From NCBI GenBank assembly GCA_964016885.1, contig OZ024743.1, positions 332,010,001 through 332,074,000 on the forward strand: DNA of 64,000 bases, written 5' to 3'. Below, piece by piece: positions 25,468-36,830 of this stretch; positions within the stretch are counted from its first letter, which is position 1, and the number at the start of each line of letters is the position of its first letter. The position numbers and the translations under genes are program-made. Source of the stretch: Eledone cirrhosa. Taxonomy: Eukaryota. Below the pieces are notes generated by a model. The model saw nothing but the letters and a program-made list of their open reading frames with translations, was not told the DNA's origin and made no database searches.

Positions 25468-27270
25468 TACAAAAGATTGGTGCAGTAGCATCATTGTCAA
25501 CTGCTACAAAGGTAAAGGCGATGCACTAGATAGAGGAAACTATAGAGGTATAAAGTTGATGGACCAGGTCATGAAAGTAACAGAAAGAGTTATAGCACAG
25601 CTGATTAGGGACCGGGTGAATATAGACGAGATGCAATTTGGGTTTGTACCAGGGAAAGGCACCACTGATGCCCTCTTCCTTGTGAGGCAATTACAGGAAA
25701 AGTACCTAGCTAAAAGTAAGCCACTCTACTTGGCATCTGTCGACCTTGAGAAAGCCTTTGACAGAGTTCCACGTGCAGTAATCTGGTGGGCTCTTAGAAA
25801 ACTAGGAGTAGATGAATGGCTTGTGAAAGCGGTACAAGCCATGTATAGGGGAGCAGTCAGCAAAGTTAGGATTGGCAATGAGTATAGCGAGGAATTTAGC
25901 ATACAGGTTGGGGTCCACCAGGGCTCTGTTCTTAGCCCTCTCCTGTTCATCATAGTCCTGCAGGCAATAACGGAGGAGTTTAAGACCGGATGCCCATGGG
26001 AACTCCTGTATGCTGATAACCTCGCACTCATAGCTGAATCTATGGTAGAACTAGAGAATAAATTCCAAACCTGGAAGCAGGGACTAGAGAGAAAGGGCCT
26101 CAAAGTCAACATGACAAAGACTAAGGTCCTTATAAGTAGACGAGAAAACAGAACCCAGATCCCCTCAGGGAAATGGCCTTGCTCAGTATGTAGGAAAGGT
26201 GTAGGTAGGAACTCCATTCTCTGCCCCAAATGCAAACAATGGGTACACAAGAGATGTAGCGGGATCTCAGGAAGCTTAATTAAGAATGTAGGATTCACAT
26301 GCAGCAGCTGTGCTGAAACAGCAAGCAAACAGCCACAGGAAACAAGTACCACCAATCTCTGGGGGGGCCCTGTAGAAACAGTAGACAGCTTCTGCTACCT
26401 AGGTGACCGAATTAGCAACGGAGGTGGGTGCTCAGAAAGTACAATAACTAGGGTAAGAACGGGATGGAAGAAGTTTAGGGAACTACTACCACTGCTAGCT
26501 GCAAAAGGCTTCTCCCTCAGAATGAAAGGCAGACTGTATGATGCGTGTATCCGAACAGCGATGTTGCATGGTAGTGAGACCTGGGCGCTGAAGGTGGAAG
26601 ACTTACGTAGATTAGAGAGAAACGAAGCCTGCATGCTCCGATGGATGTGTAACAGTAATATACGTGAACGACAAAGCATAAAGGAATTGAGAGAGAGACT
26701 GAGCATAAGAGGAATCAAATGCTGTGTGCAGGAGAGGCGGTCACGCTGGTATGGACATGTGATGCGTATGAAGGATGACAGCTGCATAAAAAGGTGCAGA
26801 GCACTAGAAGTTGATGGAAACCGCGGAGTGGGGAGACCGAAGATGACTTGGGATGAGGTGATAAAAGCCGACCTTACCCAACTACACCTCTCAAAGTCAA
26901 TGACACACGACCGTGACTTCTGGCGTCACGCAGTAATACGGGGTACCCGACCTCCCATGGGTACATGCTGAAGCATATAAACAATATGCCCCCCCCCCCC
27001 ACCGCAGGGTGGCCGTGGAGGTGCCACGGCAAAAAAGCACCCAGCCCACACTGTAAAGTGGACGTGTAGGCGCCACGAAAAAGCACCCAGCACTCACTGT
27101 AAATGAGGTTGGTGTTAGGAAGGGCATCCAGCTGTAGAAATCAAGCCAGATCAGTTCCTGTATGAGCAAGGCATGGTCAGCCGACCAGACACTGCCCACA
27201 ACAGGACAACCCGTCTAACCCATGCTAGCGTGGAAGAACGGACGTAAAACGGGTATGATGATGATGATGA
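25468..27270 (+). mobile_element. RTE LINE subfamily B, copy B2, 5'-truncated
   Basis: RT ORF, 3' UTR and (GAT)n tail at 27255-27270 between (TA)n tracts. Confidence 0.95.
25472..26971 (+). CDS. Reverse transcriptase ORF (partial), catalytic YADD mutated to YADN
   Basis: KDWCSSIIVNCYKGKGDALDRGNYRGIKL precedes the listed ORF in frame; LLYADN instead of LLYADD. Confidence 0.88.
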   Translation, partial: KDWCSSIIVNCYKGKGDALDRGNYRGIKLMDQVMKVTERVIAQLIRDRVNIDEMQFGFVPGKGTTDALFLVRQLQEKYLAKSKPLYLASVDLEKAFDRVPRAVIWWALRKLGVDEWLVKAVQAMYRGAVSKVRIGNEYSEEFSIQVGVHQGSVLSPLLFIIVLQAITEEFKTGCPWELLYADNLALIAESMVELENKFQTWKQGLERKGLKVNMTKTKVLISRRENRTQIPSGKWPCSVCRKGVGRNSILCPKCKQWVHKRCSGISGSLIKNVGFTCSSCAETASKQPQETSTTNLWGGPVETVDSFCYLGDRISNGGGCSESTITRVRTGWKKFRELLPLLAAKGFSLRMKGRLYDACIRTAMLHGSETWALKVEDLRRLERNEACMLRWMCNSNIRERQSIKELRERLSIRGIKCCVQERRSRWYGHVMRMKDDSCIKRCRALEVDGNRGVGRPKMTWDEVIKADLTQLHLSKSMTHDRDFWRHAVIRGTRPPMGTC

Positions 27271-27388
27271 TATATATACATGTGTATATATATATATGTA
27301 TATATATATACATGTGTATATATATATATGTATATATATATACATGTGTGTATATATATATGTATATATATATACATGTGTATTTATG

Positions 27389-27423
<35 letters not shown>

Positions 27424-27731
27424 GTATATATATATACATGTGTGTATATATATATGTATATATATATACGCATATATATATATATGTATATATATATACA
27501 TATGTATATATATATACATGTGTGTATATATATATATATGTATATATATATATACATGTGTATATATATATACATGTGTATATATATATACATGTGTATA
27601 TATATATATATATGTATATATATATACGTATATATATATACACATGTATATATATATACATGTCTATATATATATACATGTGTATATATATATACATGTG
27701 TATATATATATATATATATATATACATATAC

Positions 27732-27776
<45 letters not shown>

Positions 27777-27843
27777 CGTATATATATATACACATGTATA
27801 TATATATACATGTGTATATATATATACATGTGTATATATATAT

Positions 27844-28124
27844 ATCATCATCATCATCATTTTACGTCCGCTTTTCCCTGCTTGCAAGGGTGGGATGGGA
27901 ACTGATTGTGGCTTGTTTTCTACTGCTGGATGCCCTTCCTAACACTAACCTCATTTTACAGTGAGTGATATGGACCCCAGTCCCTATCATCTCATTTCTA
28001 CAGCTGAGTAAACTGGAGCAATGTGAAATAAAGTGTCTTGCTCAAGGAAACAACACATCACCCGGTCTGACAATTGAACTCACAACCTTTTGATTGCAAG
28101 GCCAATGCTCTAACCACTAAGCCA
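27844..28124 (-). mobile_element. tRNA-derived SINE family 2 (CORE-like) with RTE-B-type 3' end
   Basis: Reverse complement of tggcttagtggttagagc...gagttcaatt...ccttgagcaagacactttat...aggaagggcatccag...(gat)n. Confidence 0.88.
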
Positions 28125-28568
28125 TATATGTATATATATATATACATATGTATATATATATGTAAATATGTAAATATATATATATACATGTGTATATATA
28201 TATATATGTAAATATATATACATCTGTATATATATATATGTAAATATATATACATGTGTATATATATATATATGTAAATATATATACATGTGTATATATA
28301 TGTATATATATATATGTATATATATATATGTATATATATATATATGTAAATATATATACATGTGTATATATATATGTAAATATGTATATATATATACATG
28401 TGTATATATATATGTAAATATATATATGTATATATATATATATACATGTGTATGTATATATATGTAAATATATATATGTATATATATATATATGTGTGTA
28501 TATATATATGTAAATATATATATGTATATATACATGTGTATATATATATATATGTAAATATATCTGAA

Positions 28569-28905
28569 GGCACATGGCTTAGTGGTTAGAGCAGTGGCCT
28601 TGCAATCGAAAGGTTGTGAGTTCAATTCTCAGACCGGGTGATGTGTTGTTTCCTTGAGCAAGACACTTTATTTCACATTGCTCCAGTTTACTCAGCTGTA
28701 GAAATAAGATGATAGGGACTGGGTTCCCTATCATTCCACTGCAAAGTGGTCGTGGAGGTGCCACGGCAAAAAAACACCCAGCACTCACTGTAAATGAGGT
28801 TGGTGTTAGGAAGGGCATCCAGCTGTAGAAATCAAGCCAGAATCAGTTCCCGTCCCACCCTTGCAAGCAGGTAAAAAGCAGACGTAAAATGAAATGATGA
28901 TGATA
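28569..28905 (+). mobile_element. SINE family 2 (CORE-like)
   Basis: A box tggcttagtgg, B box gagttcaattc, CORE-like ccttgagcaagacacttta, 3' part shared with LINE B UTR. Confidence 0.9.
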
Positions 28906-28984
28906 TGTATATATATATATATGTATATGTATATATATATATGTGTATATATATATATATGTATATGTATATATATATGTGTGT

Positions 28985-29035
<51 letters not shown>

Positions 29036-29101
29036 TATACATATATATATATACATATCATCATCATTTCATTTTACATCTGCTTTTTATATATATGTAT
29101 G

Positions 29102-29134
<33 letters not shown>

Positions 29135-29145
29135 GTATATATATG

Positions 29146-29182
<37 letters not shown>

Positions 29183-29205
29183 GTATATGTATATATATAT
29201 AAATG

Positions 29206-29240
<35 letters not shown>

Positions 29241-29245
29241 GTATA

Positions 29246-30918
29246 AAGCACCACAGACGCTCTTTTCATAGTACGACAACTACAGGAGAAGTACCTAGCT
29301 AAAGGTAAACCCCTCTACTTAGCTTTTGTCGACCTGGAGAAAGCCTTCGACAGAGTCCCCCGCTCCATTATCTGGTGGGCTCTTAGAAAACTAGGCGTTG
29401 ACGAATGGCTTGTGAGGGCTATACAAGCCATGTATAAAGAAACAGTCAGCAAGGTTAGAATTAACAACGAATATAGTGAAGAGTTTAGCGTAAAAGTTGG
29501 CGTCCATCAGGGCTCTGTTCTCAGCCCCCTACTATTTATTATTGCCCTTCAGGCTATAACAGAGGAGTTCAAGACAGGCTGCCCATGGGAACTCCTATAC
29601 GCAGACGACCTGACACTCATAGCGGAATCAATGGCCGAGCTAGAGAAGAAATTCCAAACATGGAAGCACGGCCTAGAGTCAAAAGGACTTAAAATTAACC
29701 TGGCTAAGACCAAAGTTCTAGTTTGTAGGAAAGAAAACAAGGCGGCGGTCCCTTCTGGGAAATGGTCGTGCTCGGTGTGTAGGAAAGGCGTAGGTAGAAA
29801 CTCCATTTTATGTCCTAAATGCAAAGTATGGGTGTATAAAAGATGTAGTGGGATCACAGGTAAGCTAATTAAGAACATAGATTTTACATGTGGCCGGTGT
29901 TCTGGTGCAATAAGTAGCAGCAAGTGCCCACAAAATACTAGGTCTTTCAATTGCGCAGAGGGTTCTATAGAAATAGTGGACAGCTTCCGTTACCTGGGCG
30001 ATAAAATCAGCAGTGGGGGAGGGTGCTCTGAAAGTACTGTAGCTAGAGTCAGAACTGGTTGGAAAAAGTTCAGAGAGCTTATACCACTATTAGCTGCTAA
30101 ATGGTTCTCCCTAAAAATGAAAGGCAGGTTGTACGATGCCTACGAACAGCAATGTTGCATGGTAGTGAGACCTGGGCATTGTGTGCAGAGGATATACGCA
30201 GACTAGAGAGGAACAAAGCTTGCATGCTCCGCTGGATGTGTAACAGTAATATACGTGAACGGCAAAGCATAAACGAAATAAGGAAAAAATTAGAGATAAG
30301 AGGGATCAGATGTTGTTTACTCGAGAGAAGGCTGCGTTGGTATGGACACGTGATGCGCATGAAAGTCGATAGCTGTATAACAAAGTGCAGGGCAATAAAG
30401 TTAGACGGTAGCCACGGAATAGGCAGACCTAGAAAAACCTGGGATGAGCTGATAAACTCCGACCTCACACACTTACACCTCTCCAACACAATGTCACTGG
30501 ACCGAGACCTTTGGTGGTACTCAGTAACAGAGAAGACCCGCCTTGCCAGTAGGCATCTCTAACAAAATACACCCCGTCCCGCCACCACCACCACCCCATC
30601 CACACCACCCCGTTCTATGTAAAGTTATGTTGGTGCCGCGCCATCCAGGCCGAAACAAATGAGATCGTGTAGATGTCACGACAAAAAAACACACAGTCCA
30701 CGCTGTAATGTGGCCGTGTAGGCAACACGGTAAAAACCTCCCAGACCCACACTGTAAATGTGGTTGGTGTTAGGAAGGGCATCCAACTGTAGAAAACCTG
30801 CCAGACAGTCCTATGCGAGCAAGACAATCACTCTTGCCTCAAGTGGGACTACCCCCGTCCAAACCCATGCAAACGTGGAACACGGACGTTAAACGTTGAT
30901 GATGATGATGATGATGAT
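29246..30918 (+). mobile_element. RTE LINE subfamily A, copy A3, 5'-truncated, frameshifted
   Basis: 4-bp deletion at about 30141 (gatgcctacgaac vs gatgcctgcatacgaac in A1) splits ORFs 29412-30206 and 30101-30562; tail 30897-30918. Confidence 0.95.
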
Positions 30919-31037
30919 GTATATATGTATGTATACATGTATATATATATATGTATATATGCATATGTATATATATACATGTATATATGTATATATATAT
31001 GTATATATGTATATATATACATATATATATATATTTA

Positions 31038-31689
31038 TATCATCATCATCATCATCAACGTTTAACGTCCGTGTTCCACGCTTGCATGGGTTTGGACGGG
31101 GGTAGTCCCACTTGAGGCAAGAGTGATTGTCTTGCTCGCATAGGACTGTCTGGCAGGTTTTCTACAGTTGGATGCCCTTCCTAACACCAACCACATTTAC
31201 AGTGTGGGTCTGGGAGGTTTTTACCGTGTTGCCTACACGGCCACATTACAGCGTGGACTGTGTGTTTTTTTGTCGTGACACCTACACGATCTCATTTGTT
31301 TCGGCCTATGGCGCGGCACCAACATAACTTTACATAGAACGGGGTGGTGTGGATGGGGTGGGGGTGGTGGTGGTGGGACGGGGTGTATTTTGTTAGAGAT
31401 GCCTACTGGTTGGAGTAGGTTTTACTATATATTTAGGTAAGGTGGGTCTTCTCTGTTACTGAGTACCGCCAAAGGTCTCGGTCCAGTGACATTGTCTTGG
31501 AGAGGTGTAAGTGTGTGATGTCGGAGTTTATCAGCTCGTCCCAGGTTTTTCTAGGTCTGCCTATTCCGTGACTACCGTCTATCTTTATTGCCCTGCACTT
31601 TGTTATACAGCTATCGACTTTCATGCGCATCACGTGTCCATGCCAACGTAGCCTTCTCTCGAGTAAACAACATCTGATCCCTCTTATCT
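31038..31689 (-). mobile_element. RTE LINE subfamily A, copy A4, short 3' fragment
   Basis: ORF 31433-31633 and 3' UTR match A3; tail 31038-31056. Confidence 0.95.
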
Positions 31690-31739
31690 ATATATATATA
31701 TATTTATATGTATATATATATTTATATATATATATATAT

Positions 31740-32360
31740 TTCGTTTCTGAATTTGTTTAGCAAGATTCTTTATCTGAAATCGTGTGTTGAAACCGATATT
31801 GTTATACTTTGGGAGGGTCATGTTGCCAATAAGAAACACACGCACCAGTTGCTTTCACTTCAATTTATTATATATTTATAAATTTATAAATTTACAAATC
31901 TATAAATTTCTGGTTGGTTGGTTGGTTCCACAACCAGATAGTTGTTTATATATAGTCATAGTTCTTTCGTCACACACTCTGTGACCTCTTCAGTAACTGG
32001 GGATTCCTTTCTTTGTTTCTGTGCCTCTCCTTTGTTCTGTCCTACGCCATTTTGTTTCTGAAACAAAATGGCGTAGGACAGAACAAAGGAGAGGCACAGA
32101 AACAAAGAAAGGAATCCCCAGTCACTGAAGAGGTCACAGTGTGTGTGACGAAAGAACTATGACTATATATAAACAACTATCTGGTTGTTGAACCAACCAA
32201 CCAACCGGAAATTTATAAATTTAATTTATAATAAATTGAAGTGAAAGCAACTGGTCTATGTGTTTCTTATTGGCAACATGACCCTCCCAAAGTATAACAA
32301 TATCGGTTTCAACACACGTTTTCAGATAAAGAATCTTGCTAAACAAATTCAGAAACGAAA
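31740..32360. mobile_element. About 620-bp near-perfect palindrome of a Penelope-like terminal repeat
   Basis: Arms meet at 32059 (cgccattttgtttc-t-gaaacaaaatggcg); (TA)n on both sides; arm homologous to 34240-34575. Confidence 0.85.
32120..32164 (+). ncRNA. Minimal type I hammerhead ribozyme motif (mirror copy on minus strand 31954-31998)
   Basis: agtca-CTGAAGA-g-gtcaca-gtgtg-tgtgac-GAAA-gaac-TA-tgact: 5-bp stem I, 6-bp stem II, minimal stem III. Confidence 0.8.
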
Positions 32361-32391
32361 TATATATATATATATATATATATATGCGCAT

Positions 32392-32585
32392 ATAGGAACG
32401 AGTAGGACCCCGACGGCTGAGCTCAACCCGTTTCGACGGCTAATTCTGGACTGAATTAGTACAGAATTAGCTGTCGAGATGGCTTGAGCTCAGCCGTCGG
32501 GGTCCTACTCGTTCCTATTACCCACTCTACTACCCTAAGTATTGAGTACTTTGGTGCGTTATGATCCACCTGGTTTCTTACCATA
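32392..32585. repeat. 127-bp hairpin (32392-32518) plus one-sided tail; relative at 61228-61416
   Basis: ataggaacgagtaggaccccgacggctgagctcaa... pairs with ...ttgagctcagccgtcggggtcctactcgttcctat. Confidence 0.85.
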
Positions 32586-32781
32586 TTTCCTTCGTTATAT
32601 GTGTATATATATATATAAGTATATATATGTAAAAGTTCTATTTAAATTGTTTGGATACAACAAGCAAATATGTTTATAACTGATATAAAGCACTCAATAG
32701 CAATGGTTCCAATAGCAATGGTTGCATTCTTTAAGGGTATGTCAATATTTATTTATAAAACTGATCTATATTATATTTTAT

Positions 32782-32830
32782 CTGATGAAAGCACACCATA
32801 ATTTAACTTGGTGTCCTTGAAATATGTATA
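32782..32830 (+). ncRNA. Degenerate hammerhead motif
   Basis: CTGATGA-aagcacacca-(loop)-tggtgtcctt-GAAA-tatgta; long stem II, stem I weak. Confidence 0.55.
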
Positions 32831-32884
32831 ATGAAATAAATATGGTTTTATAAATATAGTTTCCATTTGTTAATATCGTATAAG

Positions 32885-32946
<62 letters not shown>

Positions 32947-33113
32947 AGTACATATATATATAAGTATATATATATATATATGAGTATATATATATATATA
33001 TATAAGTATATATATATATATATATATAAGTATATATATATATAAGTATATATATATATATATAAGTATATATATATATATATATATAAGTATATATATA
33101 TATATATATATAA

Positions 33114-33186
<73 letters not shown>

Positions 33187-33394
33187 TATATATATATAAG
33201 TATATATATATATAAGTATATATATATATATGTGTGTATATATATATATATAAGTACATATATATATAAGTATATATATATATAGATGAGTATATATATA
33301 TATATAAGTATATATATATATATATATATATAAGTATATATATATATATATATAAGTATATATATATAAATATATAGTTTTAATATAGATGAGA

Positions 33395-33714
33395 TTCTAC
33401 AGGACTAGAACTGTTTCATTCTTTAGAAATCATCAGGAATCTGGGTATCAAAAAATAAGTATGGTATTTATAGGTGTCTTCAAGTGGTAGGAGAGGGTAG
33501 GGAGTGGGATGGGTGTAGGTCATTGGTTGATAGAAAAGGGAATTCATTAAAAGCTAATTCTACAAAGCTATAGTTTATTTTTATTTTTAGAGTAACAAAG
33601 GCTGAAAGAATTCTATAAACAGGTTCAGGATGGGGTGCCACTCCTTATTATTAAGTTTCTCTTAAGCTAACAGGTATCTGTAAGATCAGTGCGGGTCAGT
33701 CATGGTTGAAAGTA
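33395..33714 (-). mobile_element. Possible Penelope-like 3' relic
   Basis: Minus strand ...EKL..KEWHPILNL resembles the GIY-YIG terminal E...I....P.LN; downstream CTGATGA-tttctaaagaat-GAAA-cagtt at 33436-33409. Confidence 0.45.
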
Positions 33715-33747
33715 TAAGTATATATATATAAGTATATATATATATAA

Positions 33748-33804
<57 letters not shown>

Positions 33805-33815
33805 TATATATATAT

Positions 33816-34575
33816 AGTACAGTACTATACGAACATACCAGGCAACAACACGGTGGTAACATAGACAACATAGAAATTAGAATAATATCTAAATATAGAA
33901 ATGACCCAGCAGATAGGCAAATCAGAGAGGCCAGTGAAATAGAACTTAGAAGGTCAAGACTAAACAGAAAAAATGAATGGAATAACAACAACACCCAAAC
34001 AAACAACACTGACCTAAGAGAAGTATAAATAAATAGATAAATAAATAAATAAATACATACACAAGCACAATAACAACAAACACATATAAACACACACTAG
34101 TAAAGATAGAATACATTAACCAATACACAGTCACCCAATCACGAACACACATCAAACAAAAGACTATACACACGCGCAAACGCATGCGCAAAGAAGACAA
34201 AATAAAATAAACAAATAAATAAATATATAAACAGACTAAATAAAGATGGCGTAGAAAATACAATGCAACGGGAGGAAACAATAGCACCACTGACGATGTT
34301 GCAGATGTGCAACGAAAGAACTTTGATAAACTATATATATGTGTTTGTGTCTATATTGTATCTGTATTTTTGACCGTTGGTCAGTCAATGGCAACATTGA
34401 GGACCGAATAAATTAGATTACCGATATAAAAGACACAGTTGCGAAAAGCGAAAACCAACCAAACAGTGAGTGTGTTCTGTTATTAATTCTGGCAATATTA
34501 CACAAATATGACCCTCCCCAAGTATAACAATATTTGTTTCGACACGATTTCATATAAAAAATCTCGTAAAACTAT
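33816..34575 (+). mobile_element. Penelope-like element 3' fragment (GIY-YIG C-terminus plus terminal repeat)
   Basis: 33816-34028 translates STVLYEHTRQQHGGNIDNIEIRIISKYRNDPADRQIREASEIELRRSRLNRKNEW... (H....H, R...EA..I, LN); (TA)n both sides. Confidence 0.75.
34286..34327 (+). ncRNA. Minimal hammerhead ribozyme motif
   Basis: acca-CTGACGA-t-gttgca-gatg-tgcaac-GAAA-gaac-TT-tgat; same architecture as 32120-32164 with compensatory stem changes. Confidence 0.78.
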
Positions 34576-34838
34576 ATATATATATATATAGATACACATA
34601 CACTGTTGGAACACTAAGTGATATAAATTAGGAGTAAAGACACACACAACCTGCAAATGTATACTCACACACACATATTTAGAAATACATAACTACACAC
34701 ACAACAACATACATAGACACAATGGTGGTACACTAAGTGGTTCAAATTTGGTCTATAACTTCTATACCCACATACACAACTCATGCATACATGGTTAGTT
34801 TTAAGTGGTTTAAGTAGGTTGTATACACACACACATGC

Positions 34839-34899
<61 letters not shown>

Positions 34900-35034
34900 T
34901 ATAGATACATGCATATAAATATATGCGAATATCTATATACAGATATGCATGTGTGTAGATATGTGTGTGTGTATGTGTATATATATATATATATATATAC
35001 ACACACATATATACATATATATATATATATACAC

Positions 35035-35065
<31 letters not shown>

Positions 35066-35493
35066 CACATATATACCAATACATATATACACACATACAT
35101 ATATACACATATATATACATATATACACAAATATATATACAGATACACACATAAACACACAATGTTTTACCAATAAGCTAATTAGAAAGTGGCATTTTAG
35201 TCATTCAGAATAAAAAGCGTGTGTCTTTGATGTGAAATCCATTGAATTTTAATACTTTGTGTGGTTCCAGTACCATTTATTGGGATTTCACATTTTGGTA
35301 AGCTCTGCCATTGTTTAGAAACTGAGAGAACTGAGTTGATACGTTTAAAAAAATGATAAACAAAATTAATTATTGGCAAAGTTGAAACTAAATAGATTTT
35401 GAAGAAGATTTATCAACCAAAGAATAAATAATTTGGGTTGTGAGTAATATCGATTGTAACCCATGCTCATGCTTATTAGATTAGGTATGTGTT

Positions 35494-35587
<94 letters not shown>

Positions 35588-36419
35588 CATAAACCATGCA
35601 AGCGCGGAACAACGGACGTAAAATGATGATGATATAATATGTGTTATACATATATAAATAGGTGTGTGTGTTATATATATAGATATATATGTAAATATAT
35701 ATATTATAAAGAGTCAGGGCTCGATGGTTGAGCTCTTGCCGTTTCACCAGTATCACGTACTCTTTTGAATAATGGTCTAACTAGTTTAAATTGTTTTAAT
35801 CCTGATATATATATATATATGTGTGTTTGCTGCATGTTATATGTTTTATATATGCAAGAATGAAAAAGCGGACGTAGAAACGATGATAATAATGATGATA
35901 TATATATACACAGACACACACACACATTCATGTGTAACATTGCGAGTTCAACCCCCATGGAGCAGCAAAAGCTCTTTCGTTGGGACAAGGACCAACAACC
36001 TCTCTAGCATTGGTACCACAAAAATGCACCTGGTACACCAAGTAAGGGGCTTGGTGTCAGGGAGGACACCTTGCTGTAGAAACCATGCCTAAAAAGGATT
36101 CAGGGCCTTTTACGACATGACAACCTCTCTAGTGTTGGTGATCTATACACTAAATGCAACCAGTACATACTGTAAAGTGGTTGGCAATTGGAAGTGCATC
36201 AAGCCATAGAAAGCTTGCCAAACAAAAGGTTGGGAGGACCCTTCAGTTGCATCAAAGACATGACCTCTCTTGTCCACTTGGTAGAATATGAAACTATAAG
36301 TAAGTGAAATGCAGACTCCTGGCCTGTCTGGGAGGTCAGTACCTCCACTTCAGAACTGACTTGGTCTATGAAGCCCTGTCTAAACCATGCTAGCAGGGAA
36401 AGCAGACATTAAACAATAA

Positions 36420-36830
36420 TAATCGTTTCTACTTTTGGCACAAGGTCAGCAATTACCCAATACATTACTGGTACTTTATTTTATCTACCCCGTAAGGATG
36501 AAAGGCAAAGTTATCCTCAACGGGATTTGAACTCAGACCGTAAAAGGACGAAACTATGCTGGAAATCATGGTGTCCAACCCTCTACCAATACTGCCAATT
36601 ACCCCACCTTAAACAATAAACAATAATAATGATTTCTAGTATAGGGACAAGGCCAGTAATTTGGGGGAGGAGACAGTCGATTAAATCGACCCCAGTGCGT
36701 GACTGGTACTTTATTTTATCGACCCCGTAAGGACGAAAGGCAAAGTTAACCTCGGCGGGATTTGAACTCAGAATGGCAAGGGCCATAACTCTATGCATCA
36801 AAGTATGGTGTTCAACCCTCTACCAATACT
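36420..36830 (-). mobile_element. Two tandem SINE family 1 copies
   Basis: Cores at about 36470 and 36705. Confidence 0.85.

Noticed and set aside
21003-26787. Antisense ORFs overlapping the RT genes
   Set aside because: Shadow frames of the LINE ORF with no motifs; recurrence only reflects copy identity.
27151-29302. YI/CV-rich ORFs here and at 8.8, 18.5, 32.9, 34.7 and 57.9 kb
   Set aside because: Translations of (TA)n and (CA)n microsatellites.
29246-31689. A3/A4 (and B1/B2) as a single inverted duplication
   Set aside because: A3 lacks a segment after the stop region that A4 retains, and each copy has private changes; independent insertions fit better.
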